Assembly (NCBI GenBank): GCA_965203175.1
Contig: OZ241867.1
Location: 1,088,001 to 1,152,000, forward strand
From: Candidatus Latescibacterota bacterium
Lineage (GTDB): Bacteria; Latescibacterota; UBA2968; UBA8231
DNA: 64,000 nt
Direction of reading: 5' to 3'
Positions within the stretch are counted from its first letter, which is position 1, and the number at the start of each line of letters is the position of its first letter. Positions 56,931 to 64,000 of this stretch are shown in pieces. Under the pieces are notes generated by a model. The model made no database searches. It saw only the letters and a list, made by a program, of their open reading frames with translations, and was not told where the DNA came from. The position numbers and the translations under genes are program-made.

Positions 56931-58165
56931 GTCCGCATCGCCTCCACCGGCTCCAGCCGCGCCACGTGCAGCAGCGGCCAGACGCAGGCCGAGAGGGCCG
57001 TCACCAGCACGGCCGATACGCCAGCCAAAACGTCGCTCGCGCGCACTTCGGGATAGACCCGCGAGGCTATCTGCACGCCTTGGAAACCCATTTCAAAGGA
57101 CTCTTCGCCGCCCAACTCGGCGAGGTCAAAACCCGACCCAGCCGTCAATGCCGCAAAACACGCACCCAGCGCAGTTCCCAGCAACACCCCCAAGGCACCC
57201 AACAGCACGGCCTCGGTCGCCACCATCCGAAAGAGCCGGCCCGGATTCGCGCCCAGTGCCAGCAACATCCCCAACTCGCGGCGGCGCTCAAACGTGGACA
57301 TCATCATGGTGTTGGCAATGCCGGCTATGGACGCCAAGCAGACGATCCCCAAAACCACGAGCGAATACATGTCCATCATTTTGATCATCCCGGCCAACTG
57401 CGGTATAACCTCGTGCCAGCGCTTGATTTCCGTCCCTTGCAATACGGGCTGCGCGCCGAGCGAGTCTGCGGCTTGATCTATCTGCTCGGCCTCGTGCAAA
57501 CGGACGGCAATCTCGTGCGCTTCGTCATCCATTCTCAGGAGCGTCTGCGCGTCTTGTAGCCCGGCGACGATACCGGTGCTGTTGACCAGTTCAACCGGCG
57601 ATTCGACGACCGCTGCCACCTCGTATAGCGCGCTGGCAATAGAGCCGTCAATGTCTTGGCCCACCACGGCCAGTTCGACTCCGGTCTCAATGCCGTGCTG
57701 CCGCGCCAAACCCTTCCCCACCAACACTCGGCCGTCTCCCAAGAGGCTGGCCAGCTCTTCGCTGCCCAACAGGCCGTTCGCAACCCCTTCTAGTGCCGGA
57801 TCGGCACCGACGACTATCCCCACAAAACCTTCCTCTTCCAGCGCGGCCAATACCGGCGCGTAAATCCGCGGCACGGCCCGCGCCACTTGCGACTGCCCGC
57901 GAATCGCCGCCAGCATGGCCTCGACGTTGTTCAGCGTCTGATCGACGGCTCGCTCCTCGCGCCAGCCCGGCGCCACGATCTGCACGTGGCCCACCAACGG
58001 ACCGGTCACCGAATCGAAGTAGTGATCGGCATAGCCTCGCATGATCCCGGCCGTAGCCAAGAACGCAAACTGCCCCAGCCCTATCGCCGCTATCGCCAAG
58101 ACCGACCGCTTGCGGTTGCGGCCCAAGCCGCGCCAAGCTAGGCGCAGCGTGCTGTTTTCAGCCAT
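56927..58165 (-). CDS. FtsX-like ABC permease (LolC/E-like)
   Basis: NTMMMSTFERRRELGMLLALG. Confidence 0.88.
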   Translation of the reverse strand: MAENSTLRLAWRGLGRNRKRSVLAIAAIGLGQFAFLATAGIMRGYADHYFDSVTGPLVGHVQIVAPGWREERAVDQTLNNVEAMLAAIRGQSQVARAVPRIYAPVLAALEEEGFVGIVVGADPALEGVANGLLGSEELASLLGDGRVLVGKGLARQHGIETGVELAVVGQDIDGSIASALYEVAAVVESPVELVNSTGIVAGLQDAQTLLRMDDEAHEIAVRLHEAEQIDQAADSLGAQPVLQGTEIKRWHEVIPQLAGMIKMMDMYSLVVLGIVCLASIAGIANTMMMSTFERRRELGMLLALGANPGRLFRMVATEAVLLGALGVLLGTALGACFAALTAGSGFDLAELGGEESFEMGFQGVQIASRVYPEVRASDVLAGVSAVLVTALSACVWPLLHVARLEPVEAMRT

Positions 58166-58936
58166 TTAGCGCCTGCGCTCCAACTGCGCCAAGCTAAAGA
58201 GGCTCTCGTCCAGCTCGACGTCGAATTCCACGTGTAAATAAGTTAGCACCGTGCGCCGACCCTCCTCGCGCTCGGGCGAGATCACAATCCGGGTGGGGAT
58301 CAGCCGGCCCCCCATTTTTTTGATTTCGTCGAGCTGCATCGTGCGCGAGAGCCGTCCCTTGCGGTCGTAGTAGCGCACGAGTACGGGCAACTGTTCTGCG
58401 CGAGCAAAGACGACTTCCACCCGCTTCCACAAACCCGGCACCCCGGGCTTGGCCTCGGTATTCACCTGCCAGCCGGGCGGCTCCTCGCTCGGGCCGACCC
58501 CTGTAATCTCGTAGTCGTGGGCGTAGGACGACTCGCGCACCAAGTCGTCGTTGGTCAGGTCGCTGCCCATCCACGCGCCCATCATCAGCGCGGGAGGTAC
58601 GCGGATCGTGCGCGAGATTTTGGGCAGGTAGTTCCACAGATTGTTGCCGACCCGGAGCGTGGCCGTGCCGGCGTCGCGGGCGGGCGCGTCAATAACGACT
58701 AGCGCCTTGTCCTCGCCCTGACTCCAAGAGCGCATCTGCATCGTCCGCACCTTCTTCGGGCGCTCGATCTTAATCTCAATCCGCGCCGCCGTGCCCCCCG
58801 TAGAGCGGTACATCTCGTCGAACTGCTCCAATAGGGCTTGCGCCGCTAGCTCTGCGTCTTGCGCCGCACTTGGGGTCACGAAGAGCACCTGCAGTACGAG
58901 CAAAAGACCGACATTCGTTTTTCTACAGTTAGACAC
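58166..58936 (-). CDS. Outer membrane lipoprotein-sorting (LolA-like) protein
   Basis: LWNYLP, WMGSDLTNDDL. Confidence 0.82.
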   Translation of the reverse strand: MSNCRKTNVGLLLVLQVLFVTPSAAQDAELAAQALLEQFDEMYRSTGGTAARIEIKIERPKKVRTMQMRSWSQGEDKALVVIDAPARDAGTATLRVGNNLWNYLPKISRTIRVPPALMMGAWMGSDLTNDDLVRESSYAHDYEITGVGPSEEPPGWQVNTEAKPGVPGLWKRVEVVFARAEQLPVLVRYYDRKGRLSRTMQLDEIKKMGGRLIPTRIVISPEREEGRRTVLTYLHVEFDVELDESLFSLAQLERRR

Positions 58937-58951
58937 ACAAAACTCCTTAGA

Positions 58952-60892
58952 TCACGCCAGTTCAATGCGCTTTATCACGCGTTGCAAAACCCACTCGCCA
59001 ATGATCGTATTTTTTTGCGCGCGATACATGGTCTGAACAGGCGGAATCAACGCATCCCAATCGGGTTCAAAAGGGCCGTAACAAACCGGGTTATCCAGCG
59101 CAGCTTGCAAAGCGGGAATCAACGCCTTCATCTGCGCCAAGATCTCTCGGCTGTAAAAAGACAAATTTGCACCCGCTCGAAACCGCGCCCAGAGCAGATC
59201 GCTTTGCAACGCGCGTTCCAATGCGGGCATCGCGCCTTCTGTGCGGTTGTTTTGGCAAAGCAAGTCAGCCGCCGCAAGACTCACACTGATCGATTCATCC
59301 CGAACAAGTGGACCGATCTTTTGCAGAACTGTATCCTCCACCTCATACGACATCAACCCGGTAATCGCCCAATAACGCACCCCACTATCGGGATCATCAA
59401 GTCGGTCCATTAACCCAGCTCTGCCAGCTTCACCTAATCGCGGAAAATCGGCTGTCTCCAGAATGTGCGCATAGTTTTCGCAATGTGCGCCCACGTCGTA
59501 ATTCACACCCTCAGTCGCTCGCACGATCATCTCAGTTTCATCAATCAGCCCCAGATCTCGCGTCTCAATCATCCACGCAAACAACTGCGCTCGCATCTGA
59601 TCTTTGAGATCGCTGTATTCAGGATCATCCGCCAGATTGGCGATCTCTTCCGGGTCATTCTCAACATCGTATAGTTCTTCAAATGGCTTCTTTGCCTGCC
59701 AGATCAAATATTCAGAATACGCCTCGGGAATCGGCAGCAAAAACACACCATCGGGATCGTGCACCTTCTGCTTTCCGGGCAAACACGACGTATCCCAGAA
59801 ATCGTGCTCAGGTGTTCCTTTTTCAGGTGGCGTCGCAAAGAAACCACCATCTGGCCAAAACGAAGCATAGGGGCGGTGAGGCAAAAAGTTGCGAATGTAG
59901 CGGTATTTCTCACTCCGAATCGTGCGAATCACCTCATTGCAATTGTCCAGGCGATCCCGCGCCCCACAGACGTAATCGCGCTGCGGTTCTTTTTGCTTAC
60001 CCAGAAAGGCTCGTCCTTGAAAGTGTTTGGGAATCTGTGCATCCATCATGCTCAAAACAGATGCGCCCATATCCATCGTCATCACCAGATCATCCACCAC
60101 CATTCCCCGCGGTCCTGGTGCCAGATGTTGGTATTTCTCGGGAAAGCGAATAATCAACGGCACCCGCAAACCATCTTCGTAAACATGCGTCTTGCCCCTC
60201 GGAAAACCTGTGCCGTGATCAGACCAGAAGAAGACAATCGTATTGTCCAGCACACCCGCGGATACCAATTTTTCTATCACTTCACCCGCGTGCCGATCAA
60301 CCTGCATCAAGCCATCGTAAAAAAGAGCGGTGCGTTCTCTCGCAAGCGGTGTATCAGGCATAAAAACAGGCAGTGGCGCATTGTCGGGATCGTGCAATTC
60401 TTCATCTTTTAACAAACTCGACCGCTGTTCTCGCGCCTGCTCTGGTGTTAGCTTAAATACACTGGCGTGAGATTCACCAAAACTATAAACGGCAAAAAAA
60501 GGCTTCTCATCCGCCCGCTCCAAAAGCGCATCATTGCTCTGATACGCTGCCCATTCGTCAGGATCAATGTCTGTGTTCAAATCAGTATTGATCGCCGAGC
60601 AGTTATATCCTTCTGCCATCAGATAATGCGGCAACATTTGCACAAAATCAGGACGTCTGGCAAAACTTCGATGATGATGCGTACCCACAGTCGTTTGATG
60701 CATTCCGGTAAAAATACTTGTGCGCGCGGGTGAACAAATAGGCCCACAGGCAAAAGCGTTTGCATAGCGAACCCCTTCTTCAGCCAGCTTATCGAGATGA
60801 GGGGTTGTGGCATAATCATCGCCATAACACCCTAAATTCCTCGCACTTACATCATGGGTATTTATCCAGACAAAATTCGGCCGTTCCGCCAA
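58952..60892 (-). CDS. Formylglycine-dependent sulfatase with C-terminal HEAT-like repeats
   Basis: RPNFVWI, CSPAR, SDHG, ELYD..NDP.E; VRYWA helical repeats. Confidence 0.9.
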   Translation of the reverse strand: MAERPNFVWINTHDVSARNLGCYGDDYATTPHLDKLAEEGVRYANAFACGPICSPARTSIFTGMHQTTVGTHHHRSFARRPDFVQMLPHYLMAEGYNCSAINTDLNTDIDPDEWAAYQSNDALLERADEKPFFAVYSFGESHASVFKLTPEQAREQRSSLLKDEELHDPDNAPLPVFMPDTPLARERTALFYDGLMQVDRHAGEVIEKLVSAGVLDNTIVFFWSDHGTGFPRGKTHVYEDGLRVPLIIRFPEKYQHLAPGPRGMVVDDLVMTMDMGASVLSMMDAQIPKHFQGRAFLGKQKEPQRDYVCGARDRLDNCNEVIRTIRSEKYRYIRNFLPHRPYASFWPDGGFFATPPEKGTPEHDFWDTSCLPGKQKVHDPDGVFLLPIPEAYSEYLIWQAKKPFEELYDVENDPEEIANLADDPEYSDLKDQMRAQLFAWMIETRDLGLIDETEMIVRATEGVNYDVGAHCENYAHILETADFPRLGEAGRAGLMDRLDDPDSGVRYWAITGLMSYEVEDTVLQKIGPLVRDESISVSLAAADLLCQNNRTEGAMPALERALQSDLLWARFRAGANLSFYSREILAQMKALIPALQAALDNPVCYGPFEPDWDALIPPVQTMYRAQKNTIIGEWVLQRVIKRIELA

Positions 60893-61101
60893 ATCGATTC
60901 CTCCCTAACACGAGGTACAATCCCTATCTTCATGTTCGCCTTCTTTACAACGGCTGAGTCTGGCAGCGGCAGTTGCCCCTTATTAAACTGAGAAGTATAA
61001 CGATTCCGCCGAAACAGGTCAGCCGAGCGGATCATTTGCGCCCGACCGCAACGCGAATCATTATTCAACGGTTTGCCTTAATCTCAACCCAAGGAATTTC
61101 T

Positions 61102-62274
61102 ATGATCATCCAACCCAAAGTTCGCGGCTTTATCTGCACTACGGCCCATCCCGACGGCTGCGCTCATGCCGTTCAAGACCAAATCGATTGGGTCAAACGC
61201 CAACCCCCTTTCGACGGCCCAAAGAAAGTTCTCGTCGTCGGCGCTTCGACCGGCTACGGGCTAGCGTCGCGCATCGCCACCTGCTTTGGTGCGGGAGCGG
61301 CCACGCTCGGGGTCTTCTTCGAGCGGCCAGCAGCCGGTAAACGCACGGCAACGGCTGGGTGGTACAATAGCGCGGCCTTCCACGAGGCCGCGCGCAACGC
61401 CGGCTATTACGCCCGCAGCATCAACGGCGATGCCTTCTCCGACGAGATCAAGGCCGAGACCATCGCCGCCATCCGCGAGGACCTGCAAGAAGTCGATTTG
61501 GTCGTTTACAGCTTAGCTTCGCCACGGCGGACGCATCCGCGCACCGGCGAAAATTTCAGCTCCGTCCTCAAGCCCCTCGGCGGCACCTATACCAACAAGA
61601 CCGTCCACGTCCAGACCGGCGAAGTTTCCGACATCGCCATCGACCCGGCGAACGAGGAAGAGATCGCCCATACCATCGCGGTCATGGGAGGGGAAGACTG
61701 GCAGATGTGGATCGAAGCGCTCGACGAAGCGGGCGTGCTCGCCGACGGCGTTCGCACGATCGCTTATACCTATATCGGCCCTGAAGTTACCCACCCGGTC
61801 TATCGCGACGGGACCATCGGCCACGCCAAAAATCATCTAGAAAACACGGCCAAGGCCCTCGACGAATATCTGCAAGCCAAAAGCGGCAGTGCCCACATCT
61901 CCGTCAACAAGGCCATGGTAACCCAATCGAGCGCCGCCATCCCCGTCGTGCCGCTCTACATCTCGCTGCTGTACAAGGTGATGAAGGAAAAGGGTTGCCA
62001 CGAAAGCTGCATCGAGCAGATGCACCGGCTCTTCGCCGGCTACCTCTATGCAGATGCCTCCACCGACGCCGAGGGACGCATCCGCATCGACGACCGAGAG
62101 ATGCGCGAAGACGTGCAGCGGGAAGTCGCTGCGCTGTGGGAGCAGGTCAACACTGAAAACCTCGAAGCGCTGTCGGATATCGAGAGCTACCGCTCCGAGT
62201 TTCTGGGACTTTTCGGCTTTGGCTTTGCGGGCATCGACTATGGGGTGGATGTCGATCCCGAGCGGGGACTGTAA
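61102..62274 (+). CDS. fabV: Enoyl-ACP reductase FabV / trans-2-enoyl-CoA reductase
   Basis: MIIQPKVRGFICTTAHPDGC, GASTGYG, C-terminal FGF. Confidence 0.93.
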   Translation: MIIQPKVRGFICTTAHPDGCAHAVQDQIDWVKRQPPFDGPKKVLVVGASTGYGLASRIATCFGAGAATLGVFFERPAAGKRTATAGWYNSAAFHEAARNAGYYARSINGDAFSDEIKAETIAAIREDLQEVDLVVYSLASPRRTHPRTGENFSSVLKPLGGTYTNKTVHVQTGEVSDIAIDPANEEEIAHTIAVMGGEDWQMWIEALDEAGVLADGVRTIAYTYIGPEVTHPVYRDGTIGHAKNHLENTAKALDEYLQAKSGSAHISVNKAMVTQSSAAIPVVPLYISLLYKVMKEKGCHESCIEQMHRLFAGYLYADASTDAEGRIRIDDREMREDVQREVAALWEQVNTENLEALSDIESYRSEFLGLFGFGFAGIDYGVDVDPERGL

Positions 62275-62298
62275 GTCGCCACAGATGCGTCGTTGGCA

Positions 62299-63063
62299 AT
62301 GAAGCTTTATTGGCTCTTACTAGCGGCCTTGGTCTGGCTGGCGAATCCCCTGTGGGCGCAAGTCGATATCGAAAGCCTACGCCGGGATGATCAAGCGGGC
62401 TTTTTCGGTTCCGTGGCGATTGACCTGACGTTGCGGGCCGGCAATGTCGAGTTATTCGAATGCGGTCCCGAGCTTTCCCTCAGTTACGGCCGCGCCGAGG
62501 ACACGTTCATTTTTATCGGCTCAGGCGACCTCGGCTGGGAGGGTAAGGAGCGCTTTTCCAATGAAGCACTGGCGCATCTGCGCTACGTCCGCGCCTTGGG
62601 CTCGCGGCTGCACGGAGAAGCCTTCGGACAAGTTAATTACGACCAATCCCGGCGCTTGGATTTTCGCGGCCTTGTCGGCAGCGGCATCCGTTTGGCTCTC
62701 ATCGCCCCGGGCGAGTCGTCTTTTTGGCTAGGCTCGTCGCTTATGTTTGAGCACGAGCGAAATGAACTCACACCGGCGGACGACCATGCGGCTCGGACTT
62801 CGCTTGTCCGCTGGAGCAACTACTTGTCGGCCGATATCAAGCTCGGTGCAGCAGCCCAGCTAGCGGGAACGGCCTACGTGCAGCCTGCGGTGCGGCAATT
62901 CGACGACTATCGCGTTTTGTGGGACGTGGTCTTGAAAGTATCGATCACCGAAGCGCTATCCTCGACTACGTCCGTGGCATTTCAGCGCGATAGCGATCCG
63001 CTCCATGGAGTGGATGGAAGCGATTTTAGCCTAACAACGGGTTTAGCACTCGATTGGAATTGA
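62299..63063 (+). CDS. DUF481-type outer-membrane beta-barrel protein
   Basis: Signal peptide, alternating beta-strand pattern, YVQP...DDYR. Confidence 0.7.
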   Translation: MKLYWLLLAALVWLANPLWAQVDIESLRRDDQAGFFGSVAIDLTLRAGNVELFECGPELSLSYGRAEDTFIFIGSGDLGWEGKERFSNEALAHLRYVRALGSRLHGEAFGQVNYDQSRRLDFRGLVGSGIRLALIAPGESSFWLGSSLMFEHERNELTPADDHAARTSLVRWSNYLSADIKLGAAAQLAGTAYVQPAVRQFDDYRVLWDVVLKVSITEALSSTTSVAFQRDSDPLHGVDGSDFSLTTGLALDWN

Positions 63064-63070
63064 GAAACCT

Positions 63071-63787
63071 TCACTCGAAGAACCCCTCGTCGTGGGGCCG
63101 CAAATCGATCTCGAAACCCCAAGCGCCTTTGTCCTGTTGCACCAGACTCCAATAGGCGGCGGCCACGGCGTCGATATTTAGGAGAGGTTCGCCCTCCTCG
63201 ACATGCCCTCCCTCGCGCACCGAGGGGGTATCCAGCACCCCGTCTATGATAACGTGGGCCACGTGAATGCCCTCGGGCCATAGCTCGCGGGCCAATGCCC
63301 AAGCTAGACCGCGCACCGCAAACTTGGCGCTACTGAAGGCAAGGGCACCGGCCCGGCCCCGAATGGACGAGGTGGCTCCGGTGAAGAGAATGGTGCCGCG
63401 GCCTACAGATAGCATATCGCCGACCACTTCCCTCGCGCACAGAAAGGAGCCGTAGGCACACACGCGCCAGGATTGTTCAAACTCATCCAAGGTCAGCTCG
63501 TGGAAGCCTTTCCAAGAGGCGTTGCCGGCGTGGTTGATCAGGACATCGACCGGGCCCAGTTCCTCGCGCACTTGGGCAAAGCCCCGGGTCACCTGCTGGG
63601 GGTCGGTGATATCCGCGGGTACGGCAAGGGCCTTCACACCTTCTTGCAGCAGTTCTTCGGCCAGTCCCTCGATATAATTAGGGGACCGGGCCAGCAACCC
63701 TACTTGGTAGCCTTCGCTTGCAAACTTCCTCACCAGCGCGGCACCTAAACCAGAGCCGACCCCTGAAATAACAGCCGTTTTGGACAT
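63071..63787 (-). CDS. SDR family oxidoreductase
   Basis: GVGSGLG, FTGATSS, FSSAK, IHVAHVIIDG. Confidence 0.92.
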   Translation of the reverse strand: MSKTAVISGVGSGLGAALVRKFASEGYQVGLLARSPNYIEGLAEELLQEGVKALAVPADITDPQQVTRGFAQVREELGPVDVLINHAGNASWKGFHELTLDEFEQSWRVCAYGSFLCAREVVGDMLSVGRGTILFTGATSSIRGRAGALAFSSAKFAVRGLAWALARELWPEGIHVAHVIIDGVLDTPSVREGGHVEEGEPLLNIDAVAAAYWSLVQQDKGAWGFEIDLRPHDEGFFE

Positions 63788-63801
63788 GGTATTCTCCTCT
63801 T

Positions 63802-63831
63802 TTTAAGGTTGACACTTTAAGGTTGACACTT
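63802..63831. repeat. 14-bp tandem duplication upstream of SDR gene
   Basis: TTAAGGTTGACACT x2. Confidence 0.8.
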
Positions 63832-64000
63832 GCGGGATGACGCGGTTCCCAAAGTCTCCCGTGCATGTCAGTCCTCGGCCTGCCCTGTGATGTCTTGATC
63901 CCGGAGCTTGGGCGGGTTATGCTAAATTTAATTGGCGAACTTTCCGGGGCACATACCAGTATTGAATCAGAAGCGCGAAGCCGACTTCACACTCAATTGG

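Noticed and set aside
1-64000. tRNA, rRNA, integrase or prophage genes
   Set aside because: No cloverleaf or rRNA-like tracts, and no recombinase or phage structural ORFs recognised by eye

Overview
GC-rich Gram-negative bacterial chromosomal region. It holds mostly catabolic and accessory genes: five PhyH-family dioxygenases, two enolase-superfamily proteins, Gfo/Idh/MocA and Ldh_2 oxidoreductases, a sulfatase, a sulfotransferase, a TonB receptor, two ABC systems, fabV and nfuA. It also carries a Hen1-Pnkp RNA-repair operon, HigBA, a Fic protein and a DUF5678-like/retropepsin pair. The main discovery is an AT-rich 5,410-bp IS1595-family element (38207-43616) with 23-bp imperfect terminal inverted repeats and an 8-bp target duplication (CACCAGAT), which splits an Ldh_2 gene. 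Its cargo includes an HNH nuclease, two paralogous pairs of a small Cas2/GhoS-like protein plus a coiled-coil membrane protein, two promoter-defined cis-antisense sRNA candidates, a ~240-nt structured leader, a candidate pseudoknot and a second internal right end. Separately, three short palindromic repeats sit in frame inside a hybrid histidine kinase gene. All calls come from reading motifs by eye; no database searches were run.
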